Below, piece after piece: positions 46,721 through 55,340 of a stretch of 64,000 nt of DNA (its first letter is position 1; each line of letters begins with the position of its first letter). This DNA is from Eubacteriales bacterium (GTDB lineage: Bacteria > Bacillota > Clostridia > Oscillospirales > CAG-272). Location of the stretch: assembly GCA_045594785.1 (NCBI GenBank), contig JAZNZE010000001.1, forward strand, positions 77,736 to 141,735. Reading direction: 5' to 3'. The notes below the pieces were generated by a model that searched no databases, had not been told where the DNA came from, and saw only the letters and a program-made list of their open reading frames with translations. The translations under genes and the position numbers were made by a program.

Positions 46721-48121
46721 ATGGATTATCTAAGTGTTCACGAGGCGGCAACAAAATGGGATATGGAAGAAAGACGAGTCACCGCTCTATGCAGAAGCGG
46801 ACGTATCACAGATGCAAAGAAAGAAGGCGGCAAATGGTTCATTCCTCAAAATGCGCCTAAACCATTAGATGCCAGAACAAAAGAGTACACGAACTCAAGC
46901 GTTTTAAAGAAGGATTTTGTTCCGTATAGAAAAAACGAAGCAGGAATAGACGTTATAAATGCTTTCGAAAAAATTTACCTTCGTTCTCCGGATGCAACCG
47001 CTTTTACACCATACAGAGTATGTCCAATAGGTGCGCACAGCGATCATCAGCTTGGAAAAATCACCGGATTTGCAATTGACAAGGGAATAAATATGGCTTA
47101 TTCACCAAAGCTGACGGGAATAGTGGAAATATGCTCACTTCAGTTTTCGAAAAGAGCTCAATGGCACGTACAAGCAACACCTGCCTCAAAGCAGAATGAC
47201 TGGGCAGATCATTTAAGAGGTGCTACAATTGCGCTTGGAAAACGTTATACACTTCGTCTCGGAATATGCGCAGTCATAAGCGGTGAGCTGCCAATCGGCG
47301 GTCTTTCTTCATCTGCAGCTGTAATTATCACCTTCATTTCAGCACTTGCCAAGGTTAACAATATAAAGCTTTCAGAAGCAGAACTGATTAATTTTTCAAA
47401 AGAAGCCGAAAATCTCTATGTTGGAGTTGCTTGCGGCAAGCTTGATCAAAGCTGCGAGGTATATTGCAGAAAAAATCAGCTACTGTATATGGATTTTCTT
47501 GATGATTCATACGAGCTCATTCCTATGAATCCGAAAATGAAACCGTTTAAGATTGCAATTTTCTTTTCGGGTGTCGAGCGTACGCTGGCAGGCTCGGCTT
47601 TCAATATGAGAGTTGACGAATGCAGAAGCGCTGCTTATGCACTCAAGGCATACGCAAACCTACCATACGGAAAATTTGCAGAAACCAATCTTAGAGAAGT
47701 TCCTATTGAAATTTACGAGCAATATAGGCATTTGTTACCGGAAAACTGGAGAAAACGTGCGGCACACTGGTATACAGAGTATGCCCGTGTTGAAAAGGGC
47801 GCTCTTGCCTTCCGAAACGGTGATATTGAAGCTTTTGGAAAGCTATGCTTTGAAAGCGGAAACTCATCTATATATCAATGGGAAACCGGTTCGCCCGAGT
47901 TAAAAACGCTCTATCATATAATGACCAAAACGGAAGGAATTTACGGTGGTCGCTTCTCCGGCGCGGGATTTAAAGGCTGTTGCATGGCTTTAATAGACCC
48001 GGGATTTGAGGAATCAATCAAGCAAACTGTAACGGAAAAATACCTTAAAGCTTTTCCTGAGCTCAACTACAAATTCTCCGTTCATTTTTGTGATACTGCA
48101 GACGGTGTAAAGTTAAAGTAA
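46721..48121 (+). CDS. GalK-like GHMP sugar-1-kinase fused to an N-terminal helix-turn-helix (excisionase/MerR-like) domain
   Basis: - The N-terminus MDYLSVHEAATKWDMEERRVTALCRSGRI..A.K.GGKWFIP has an HTH_17-like pattern.
- The rest shows galactokinase signatures: YRVCPIGAHSDHQLG, LPIGGLSSSAAV and GGRFSGAGFKGCCMALI.
- The GAGGTG RBS serves ATG 46721. Confidence 0.8.
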   Translation: MDYLSVHEAATKWDMEERRVTALCRSGRITDAKKEGGKWFIPQNAPKPLDARTKEYTNSSVLKKDFVPYRKNEAGIDVINAFEKIYLRSPDATAFTPYRVCPIGAHSDHQLGKITGFAIDKGINMAYSPKLTGIVEICSLQFSKRAQWHVQATPASKQNDWADHLRGATIALGKRYTLRLGICAVISGELPIGGLSSSAAVIITFISALAKVNNIKLSEAELINFSKEAENLYVGVACGKLDQSCEVYCRKNQLLYMDFLDDSYELIPMNPKMKPFKIAIFFSGVERTLAGSAFNMRVDECRSAAYALKAYANLPYGKFAETNLREVPIEIYEQYRHLLPENWRKRAAHWYTEYARVEKGALAFRNGDIEAFGKLCFESGNSSIYQWETGSPELKTLYHIMTKTEGIYGGRFSGAGFKGCCMALIDPGFEESIKQTVTEKYLKAFPELNYKFSVHFCDTADGVKLK

Positions 48122-48148
48122 CATTTAAGTTTCACATAGGAGTTTACG

Positions 48149-48892
48149 ATGAAAACAATAATATTAGCCGCAGGATATGCTACAAGACTATATCCCTTGA
48201 CTCAGAACTTTCCCAAACCTCTTTTGAAGGTGAAAGAAAAAACTATTTTGGACTGGCTTATAGATGATATAGATTCTTCGCAATCGGTAGACGAATATAT
48301 CATAATTTCAAATCATAAGTTTGTTGAGCATTTTATCGAATGGTCGAAAACTAAAAAACAAAAGATTAAAATTCTTGATGACGGAACCGAATCCAATGAA
48401 ACGAGACTTGGTGCCGTTCGTGACATTCAATTTGCTATAGACGCTTTAAAGATAAATGATGACACCTTAGTGATTGCAGGAGACAATCTTCTTAACTTCA
48501 GTATGAAAACTTTTCTTTCTTATGCAAAAAACAAGGGTGCTTCTTGCGTTATGCGATACTACGAGCCTTCTGTGCAAAAACTCACGAAGTGCGGCGTTCT
48601 AGAAATTGACGATAAGGACCAGATAATAAAAATGACTGAGAAGCCTCCTCAGCCACAGTCAAATTGGTGTTGCCCTCCGTTCTATTATTATACGAAAAAC
48701 GATCTTTCGCTGATAGAGGAAGGAATCGCGGCCGGATGCGGTGTAGATGCTCCCGGAAGTTTTATTGCCTGGCTTTGCACCAAATCTCCCGTTTTTGCAA
48801 TGGAAATGCCGGGAAAACGTTTTGATATAGGAAACTTGGAAAGTTACAGCAAAGTTCAGTCCGAATATGAAGGACCGAATTCCCGTAAATAA
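48149..48892 (+). CDS. Sugar-phosphate nucleotidyltransferase (NTP_transferase fold)
   Basis: MKTIILAAGYATRLYPLTQNFPKPLL is the canonical G-x-G-T-R-L nucleotide-binding N-terminus. 247 aa. Confidence 0.85.
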   Translation: MKTIILAAGYATRLYPLTQNFPKPLLKVKEKTILDWLIDDIDSSQSVDEYIIISNHKFVEHFIEWSKTKKQKIKILDDGTESNETRLGAVRDIQFAIDALKINDDTLVIAGDNLLNFSMKTFLSYAKNKGASCVMRYYEPSVQKLTKCGVLEIDDKDQIIKMTEKPPQPQSNWCCPPFYYYTKNDLSLIEEGIAAGCGVDAPGSFIAWLCTKSPVFAMEMPGKRFDIGNLESYSKVQSEYEGPNSRK

Positions 48893-48946
48893 AAATCCCT
48901 GCCGTAAACGTCCGTTAATAAAAAATACGAAGATTTCTCTTAAAAG

Positions 48947-49007
48947 AAAAATAGAAACCGGAAGAACTTGAGATTTCTTATTCAAAGTTTTTTCAGTTTC
49001 TATTTTT
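48947..49007 (+). terminator. Long-loop hairpin after the nucleotidyltransferase gene
   Basis: AAAAATAGAAAC (48947-58) pairs with GTTTCTATTTTT (48996-49007), followed by a T-rich tract. Confidence 0.4.
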
Positions 49008-49099
49008 GTTTTAATTTTAAAATATTGTGGTTGTATTTTCACTGAAATTATGTTATAATATTGAAAAACGGACTCAGCTATAGGAGAAAATTTAAATTC

Positions 49100-50170
49100 A
49101 TGCAGGATACTAACAAAAGCGAAGAAATTGTCAAAGCTTCAAAAAATGAAGATGACGCTCTCTCTGTTACAGTCGAATTAACAACCGATTCTTCTGAAAA
49201 AACTGATACAGCACTGCCTAAAAACGCACTTGAGCCCACAGCTTCGGATTTAGCCGAGGAAACCAAGTTTATAATACCGGAGGCGGTTACGTTTTTTGTT
49301 ACGGAAACCGATGAAGCCGAAGGTGAGCACACTCCCCTGCCCGAAAATACGATAACCACAAATGAAAACGGTCTTCTCAACGTTGAGCATTTTTCCGACT
49401 ATAAATCCAAGGAATCCGAAAGCAGCGAGCAGCCCGTTTCCGAAGCGGAAGAGGTCTATGAAGAATTTCATACCGAAGCCTACGAGGATTTGACAATTCT
49501 TGAAGACGAAGAGCCCGAGGAAGAAGCATCAAACCCTCCGAAGCAAAAATACGAAGACCCTGACCGCGAAAGATTCAACCCAAAAAAACCAAGAAAGGTT
49601 GACGGCAGATTCGACTTTCTTGAGCTATTCATTTTTACTCTTCTGGCAGTCGTTTTGCTTACAACCTTCGTCTTCCGCCACTCCGTTGTAGAGGGGCATT
49701 CTATGCAAAACACCCTTCAGGACGGAGAGCATCTCATAATTTCAAATCTTTTCTATACACCAAAAAAGGGTGATATAGTGGTATGCCACGACAAATCTTC
49801 GGGTCATCAAGCACCGATAGTAAAACGAATAATTGCTACCGAGGGTGACACTATTGAAATAAGAATAAACAAGGACGCACCGCAGGATAAAAAAGAACGT
49901 TTCACCGTTTTAGTAAACGATGAGCCGTTAACCGAGGACTACGTTTTCGTAGACGGATTAGTTTTGGCTAACGGCTGGGAGGAATATCCCGGTCTTGAGA
50001 AAACCACCGTTCCGGACGGTATGCTTTTCGTTATGGGCGACCATCGAAACAACTCCAGCGATTCACGTGATATTCGTGACGGCAGTCCCAATTTCATAAG
50101 AGAGGACTCTGTTTTAGGCAAGGTTATTTTACGCTTCTATCCGTTTTCCGAATTTGGAACGGTTGACTGA
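49100..50170 (+). CDS. lepB: Signal peptidase I with a long acidic N-terminal extension
   Basis: The C-terminal half has a TM segment plus GHSMQNTL (catalytic Ser), VKRIIATEGD (catalytic Lys) and GDHRNNSSDSR. It is preceded by about 170 aa of E/T/S-rich sequence. The start is uncertain (ATG 49100 or 49061). Confidence 0.85.
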   Translation: MQDTNKSEEIVKASKNEDDALSVTVELTTDSSEKTDTALPKNALEPTASDLAEETKFIIPEAVTFFVTETDEAEGEHTPLPENTITTNENGLLNVEHFSDYKSKESESSEQPVSEAEEVYEEFHTEAYEDLTILEDEEPEEEASNPPKQKYEDPDRERFNPKKPRKVDGRFDFLELFIFTLLAVVLLTTFVFRHSVVEGHSMQNTLQDGEHLIISNLFYTPKKGDIVVCHDKSSGHQAPIVKRIIATEGDTIEIRINKDAPQDKKERFTVLVNDEPLTEDYVFVDGLVLANGWEEYPGLEKTTVPDGMLFVMGDHRNNSSDSRDIRDGSPNFIREDSVLGKVILRFYPFSEFGTVD

Positions 50171-50206
50171 CATCATTTAATCTATTATCAACAGAAAGAG
50201 AAAAAA

Positions 50207-51079
50207 ATGGCACAAAATCCGATACAGTGGTTTCCCGGCCATATGGCTAAAACAAGAAGAATTATAAAGGAATGTCTTTCTCAGGTAGACGTGGTTATAG
50301 AGCTTCTTGATGCAAGAATTCCATATAGCTCAAGAAATCCCGAAACAAAAAAGCTGATAGGCTCAAAGCCTCTTCTTACCCTGCTCACAAAGGCATCGCT
50401 TGCAGACCCTGAAAAAAGCAAGCTCTGGGTTTCTTATTATAACGAGCACGGCTCTACCGCAGTTCTCATTGATTCGGTTACCGGACTTGGAATGAACGAA
50501 TTCACCAAGGCAATAAATACCCTTCTTTCAGAAAAGCTTGAAAGATATAAAAACAAGGGAATGGAAGGCAGACGGCTGAAGGCTATGATAATAGGAATTC
50601 CCAACGTTGGAAAATCCTCTTTTATCAATAAGCTTGCAGGCGGAAAGAAGGCAAAGGTTGAAAACCGCCCGGGAGTTACTCTTACAAAGCAATGGATAAC
50701 TACCGATATCGGTCTCGACCTTATGGATACCCCCGGCGTTCTCTGGCCAAAGTTTGAAGACGAAAACGTAGGTCAGAATCTGGCTATTACGGGTGCTATA
50801 CGCGATGCTATCCTTGATACCGAGGAGCTTGCTATGTCACTTTGCGCTAAGCTTATGGAATGTGCTCCGAGAGAGTTCACGGAGAGATACAAGCTCTCCG
50901 TAAAGGAAGCAGAGGAGCTTGACTGCTATGAGCTTTTTGAGCTTGTAGGAAAAAAGCGCGGTCTTCTTATGTCCGGCGGAGTTGTCAACCATGAGAGGTG
51001 CGCCGATATGCTTCTCGAAGAATTCAGAAGCGCAAAAATAGGCAGAATTACTTTGGAGGTGCCTGATGCCAAGCTTTGA
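50207..51079 (+). CDS. rbgA: Ribosome biogenesis GTPase A (YlqF/RbgA)
   Basis: 290 aa with circularly permuted G motifs (IQWFPGHMAK, DARIP, GIPNVGKSS, DTPG). Confidence 0.93.
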   Translation: MAQNPIQWFPGHMAKTRRIIKECLSQVDVVIELLDARIPYSSRNPETKKLIGSKPLLTLLTKASLADPEKSKLWVSYYNEHGSTAVLIDSVTGLGMNEFTKAINTLLSEKLERYKNKGMEGRRLKAMIIGIPNVGKSSFINKLAGGKKAKVENRPGVTLTKQWITTDIGLDLMDTPGVLWPKFEDENVGQNLAITGAIRDAILDTEELAMSLCAKLMECAPREFTERYKLSVKEAEELDCYELFELVGKKRGLLMSGGVVNHERCADMLLEEFRSAKIGRITLEVPDAKL

Positions 51080-51665
51080 TATAGAAAACGAAAAAAGAGC
51101 GCTTGGATACAAATTTATTTGCGGCTGTGACGAGGCAGGCAGAGGACCTCTTTGCGGACCTGTGGTTGCCGCAGCAGTCATACTGTCGCCCGATACCGAA
51201 ATCGAAGGGCTGAACGATTCAAAAAAGCTCAGCGAAAAGAAACGCGAGCTTCTGTTCGATATAATAAAAGAAAAGGCCGTTGCATACGCAATTGCAGAAG
51301 CCTCCCCCGAAGAAATAGACGACATAAATATATTAAATGCATCAATGCTGGCAATGTGCCGCGCCGTAGAGGCGCTTAGCGTAAAGGCTGATTTTGCTTT
51401 GATTGACGGAAACTGTTCTCGCGGCTTCTCTGTTCCTACCGAAACGGTTGTGAAGGGTGATGCAAAAAGCGCATCTATTGCCGCAGCTTCAATTCTGGCA
51501 AAGGTTACACGTGACAGACAGTGCAAGGAGCTTGACGCTCTCTACCCTGAGTATAACATAGCAAAGCATAAGGGATATCCGACAAAGGAGCATATGGATG
51601 CGGTTAAAAAATACGGTCCCTCCCCCATACACAGAAAAACCTTTTTAAAGTTTCTTGACAAATGA
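51066..51665 (+). CDS. rnhB: Ribonuclease HII
   Basis: 199 aa with CGCDEAGRGPL and DSKKLS motifs. It overlaps the end of rbgA. Confidence 0.95.
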   Translation: MPSFDIENEKRALGYKFICGCDEAGRGPLCGPVVAAAVILSPDTEIEGLNDSKKLSEKKRELLFDIIKEKAVAYAIAEASPEEIDDINILNASMLAMCRAVEALSVKADFALIDGNCSRGFSVPTETVVKGDAKSASIAAASILAKVTRDRQCKELDALYPEYNIAKHKGYPTKEHMDAVKKYGPSPIHRKTFLKFLDK

Positions 51666-52072
51666 AAATACTTGAGCTTCTCACCGAAAAAAGAAAAATC
51701 GGTAATGTCGGGGAGCGCGCCGCCGCAAAGCTTCTGAAAAAATCGGGTTATAAAATACTTGAAAGAAATTACGTTGCTCTCGGATACGAAATAGATATAA
51801 TAGCCTCTGACAGCGAGCATACTGTTTTCTGCGAGGTGAAGACGCGCACCTTAGGAAAAGAAAATCCTAAAGAGCCTCGCCCTGCAAGCTCGGTTACTCC
51901 CGAAAAGCAAAGAAAAATCATAACCGCCGCTAAATATTATAATGCGAACAAAAACCTTGGCAGAAAGATGCGCTTTGATATAATCGAGGTTTTTGTCGAT
52001 GATGCAAAAAGAATAAAAAGCGCCACTCATCTGATAGGCGCTTTTAACTACGACACGGCAATAAAGGGGTAA
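51662..52072 (+). CDS. yraN: YraN family (UPF0102) endonuclease-like protein
   Basis: 136 aa with GERAAAKLLKKSGYKILERNY..GEIDIIA....VFCEVKTR. It holds the conserved position after rnhB. Confidence 0.88.
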   Translation: MKILELLTEKRKIGNVGERAAAKLLKKSGYKILERNYVALGYEIDIIASDSEHTVFCEVKTRTLGKENPKEPRPASSVTPEKQRKIITAAKYYNANKNLGRKMRFDIIEVFVDDAKRIKSATHLIGAFNYDTAIKG

Positions 52073-52124
52073 AATATGTACTCTGTCAAACAAAGTCTGA
52101 CAGAGCAAAGCCGCTCATTCGGCT

Positions 52125-52319
52125 TTAATATTCGCGCGCCTTAAAGGTTGCGCACAGAGTGCTGCTTGAGGTTTTTGCTTCCGTAGGACCTACGCAGATT
52201 TTTTCGGCAAAGCAATCGCTTTTACCGTCATTATATACGCAGTTCTTTACGTCACACATAACCCCTTTGAGAGGCTTACCGCAACCCTTGCACTCCGTTT
52301 CGTACTTCTTCTCTTCCAT
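52125..52319 (-). CDS. DUF1540 domain protein (small, Cys-rich)
   Basis: MEEKKYETECKGCGKPLKGVMCDVKNCVYNDG...C. The C-V-x-N-C-x-Y-N pattern is typical of DUF1540. I place the start at ATG 52319. Confidence 0.7.
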   Translation of the reverse strand: MEEKKYETECKGCGKPLKGVMCDVKNCVYNDGKSDCFAEKICVGPTEAKTSSSTLCATFKAREY

Positions 52320-52405
52320 TTTTAATTCTCTTTTCCGCAAACTTTGGCTTGCAAATTTATTGTGTGCCATTTCAAATTTTTTATGCAAATTTCGGAGAAA
52401 CAAAT

Positions 52406-53131
52406 ATGTCAATTTTTACCATCGCCGATTTGCACCTGTCCACGCTTGAAGCTACCAACAAGTCTATGGAGGTGTTCGGCAACCGCTGGACTGACTACAC
52501 CAAAAGACTTGAATCCAATTGGAGACGCCTCGTTTCAGAAACCGACACCGTAGTAATTCCGGGTGATATATCCTGGGCGCTCTCGCTTTCCGAAGCACGC
52601 TCCGACTTGAAATTTCTCGATTCCCTTCCCGGCAAAAAAATTCTCGGAAAAGGCAACCACGATTTCTGGTGGTCCACTATGAAAAAGCACGAGGAATTTT
52701 TTAAGACCGAGGATATTAAAACGATATCCTTTCTTTTTAACAACGCCCACCTTGCAGAAAACTATATAATTGCCGGTACTCGCGGCTGGTATCACGACGA
52801 GGACTGCGGAAATCAGCCCGGAAACGCGGATTTTGAAAAGCTTACCAACAGAGAGGCGCTCAGACTGCGGACAAGCCTTAAGGAAGCGAAGGCGCTGCAA
52901 AGCCTTCACCCCGAAAACGAAATTATAGTTTTCACTCATTTCCCGCCCTTCTGGAACGGAAAAGCATCTGAAAATATCGTATCAATACTAAACGAATTCG
53001 GAATAAAAAGACTGTATTTCGGCCATATACACGGTAATTATACGGTTGCACCTAAATTTGAATATGCAGGCATTGAAATGAATATCATTAGCGCAGATTA
53101 TCTGTCTTTTACACCCAAAATTCTGCTCTAA
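52406..53131 (+). CDS. Metallophosphoesterase (calcineurin-like)
   Basis: MSIFTIADLHLS, GDISW, GNHDFWW and FTHFPP motifs. The GGAG RBS serves ATG 52406. Confidence 0.85.
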   Translation: MSIFTIADLHLSTLEATNKSMEVFGNRWTDYTKRLESNWRRLVSETDTVVIPGDISWALSLSEARSDLKFLDSLPGKKILGKGNHDFWWSTMKKHEEFFKTEDIKTISFLFNNAHLAENYIIAGTRGWYHDEDCGNQPGNADFEKLTNREALRLRTSLKEAKALQSLHPENEIIVFTHFPPFWNGKASENIVSILNEFGIKRLYFGHIHGNYTVAPKFEYAGIEMNIISADYLSFTPKILL

Positions 53132-53257
53132 GTCTATGCCTAAATGTAAAATACTTACAATTTTTTTCAAATCTCTTGACAAAACTGATTATTTAGTGTA
53201 GAATTATACGGTGATTTTAATAAATAAATAATATATATCTTTTTCGGAGGAAAAACA

Positions 53258-54679
53258 ATGAGTCTTATTAAATACGAGCTTACCGAAAAATCCGGCTTTA
53301 AGATGGAATTTTCCGTAAGCAAGGAAGCTTTTGCTAAAGCAGAAAACGAAGCATATAAGAAGAATGTTAAGTCTATAAATGTTCCCGGCTTCAGAAAAGG
53401 CAAAGCACCCAAGAGCATTATCGAAAAAATGTACGGCAAGGGCATCTTCTTTGAGGACGCTATCAACGCTTGCATTCCCGATGCTTTCGAGGAGGCTGTT
53501 AAGGAAGCAGGTATCACCGTAGTAGGTATGCCTAAATTCGACCTTGTGTCAAACGATGACGGCATCGTGCTTTCCGCCGAAGGCTTTGTAAAGCCCAGCG
53601 TTACTATCGAGGGCTACAAGGGCATCGAGGCTGAAAAGAAGGTTGAAAAGGTTACTGCTAAGGCAGTTGAAGAAGAGGTTAACAAGGCGCGCGAAAGAAA
53701 CGCAAGAACCGTTGAGGTTACTGACAGAGCGGCAGCTATGGGCGATACCGCAAACATAGATTACGAGGGCTCTGTTGACGGCGTTGCATTTGACGGCGGC
53801 AAGGGCGAGGGTCACGACCTTAAGCTCGGCTCCGGCTCCTTCATTCCCGGCTTCGAGGATCAGATTGTCGGAAAGTCCGTTGGCGAGGAATTTGACGTTA
53901 ACGTTACCTTCCCTGAGGACTATCACGCAAAGGAGCTTGCAGGAAAGGCTGCAGTCTTCAAGACCAAGCTTAACGCTATAAAGTATGACGAGCTTCCCGC
54001 AGCAGATGACGAATTTGCAAAGGACGTTTCCGAATTTGACACTCTTGCTGAATATAAGGCTGATATAAAGGCAAAAATGGAAAAGAGAAACGAGGATAAG
54101 GCTCAGGCAGAGTTTGAAACCGCTCTTGCAGAAGCTCTTATGGAAAAGCTCGTTGCTGAAATTCCCGAACCCATGTTCGAGGCTGAAACTGAGAACTTCG
54201 TTCGCGACTACGATACAAGACTCCGCCAGAGCGGACTTGATCTCAAAACCTACTTCAAGTACACCGGTCTTACTCTTGAGGCTCTCAGAGAGCAGATGCG
54301 TCCTCAGGCTGAAAAGCAGGTTAAAATCAGACTTGCTCTTGAAAAGATTGCAGAGCTTGAAGCACTCACCGTTACCGATGAAGAGGTAGAGGCTGAATAC
54401 ACAAGAATTTCCGAGGCTTACAGCGTTCCTGCCGAGCAGGTTAAGAATATGATTGCAGCCGAGGATATCAAGGCAGACCTCCTCGTAGCTCACGCTATGG
54501 ATCTCGTTAAGGCTAACGCTAAGGTTAAGGAACCCGCGAAGAAGACTGCCGCTAAGAAGAGCGATGCTGAGAAGGCTCCCGCAGCCGAGAAGAAGACTAC
54601 GGCTGCAAAGAAGGCTCCCGCAGCAAAGAAAGCTCCCGCAGCGAAGAAGACTACCGCTAAAAAAGAAAGCGAAAATTAA
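53258..54679 (+). CDS. tig: Trigger factor with a Lys/Ala-rich C-terminal tail
   Basis: 473 aa with an N-terminal ribosome-binding motif (GFRKGKAP), a central FKBP PPIase domain and a C-terminal arm. An extra tail of about 50 aa follows (KKTAAKK...KKAPAAKKAPAAKK). Confidence 0.95.
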   Translation: MSLIKYELTEKSGFKMEFSVSKEAFAKAENEAYKKNVKSINVPGFRKGKAPKSIIEKMYGKGIFFEDAINACIPDAFEEAVKEAGITVVGMPKFDLVSNDDGIVLSAEGFVKPSVTIEGYKGIEAEKKVEKVTAKAVEEEVNKARERNARTVEVTDRAAAMGDTANIDYEGSVDGVAFDGGKGEGHDLKLGSGSFIPGFEDQIVGKSVGEEFDVNVTFPEDYHAKELAGKAAVFKTKLNAIKYDELPAADDEFAKDVSEFDTLAEYKADIKAKMEKRNEDKAQAEFETALAEALMEKLVAEIPEPMFEAETENFVRDYDTRLRQSGLDLKTYFKYTGLTLEALREQMRPQAEKQVKIRLALEKIAELEALTVTDEEVEAEYTRISEAYSVPAEQVKNMIAAEDIKADLLVAHAMDLVKANAKVKEPAKKTAAKKSDAEKAPAAEKKTTAAKKAPAAKKAPAAKKTTAKKESEN

Positions 54680-54749
54680 GCATTAAAATCAGCCAACGGT
54701 CATATATAAAAATTTGATCGTTGGCTTTATTTAAAGAAAGGAGTTAATT

Positions 54750-55337
54750 ATGGCACTTGTTCCTGTTGTCGTAGAACAGACCTCGCGCGGCGAGCGTTCC
54801 TACGATATTTATTCGAGACTACTCAATGACAGAATAATTTTTCTTGCAGACGAGGTTAATGACACAACCGCTTCCCTTGTGGTAGCGCAGCTTCTTTACC
54901 TTGAGGCTCAGGACCCCGACAAAGACATATATCTTTACATCAACAGCCCCGGAGGCTCTATTACCGCCGGTATGGCTATTTACGATACGATGAATTACAT
55001 TAAATGTGACGTATCAACCATATGCGTAGGCATGGCGGCTTCTATGGGAGCATTCCTTCTCTCAAGCGGCGCTAAGGGTAAGAGAATGGCTCTTCCCAAT
55101 GCCGAGGTAATGATACACCAGCCTCTCGGAGGTATGCAGGGTCAGGCAACTGATATCAAAATTCATGCTGACCGAATCATAAAGATAAAGGAAAAGCTCA
55201 ATACTATTCTTTCCGAGCAGACGGGAAAGCCTCTTAAAACTATCGAGAAGGATACCGAGAGAGATAATTTTATGACGGCTGAAGAAGCTATGGCTTACGG
55301 TCTTATCGACAAGGTAATAACCAAGAAGGAAATTTAA
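54750..55337 (+). CDS. clpP: ATP-dependent Clp protease proteolytic subunit
   Basis: 195 aa with the catalytic Ser (GMAASMG), His (IHQP) and Asp context. Confidence 0.97.
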   Translation: MALVPVVVEQTSRGERSYDIYSRLLNDRIIFLADEVNDTTASLVVAQLLYLEAQDPDKDIYLYINSPGGSITAGMAIYDTMNYIKCDVSTICVGMAASMGAFLLSSGAKGKRMALPNAEVMIHQPLGGMQGQATDIKIHADRIIKIKEKLNTILSEQTGKPLKTIEKDTERDNFMTAEEAMAYGLIDKVITKKEI

Positions 55338-55340
55338 CTT

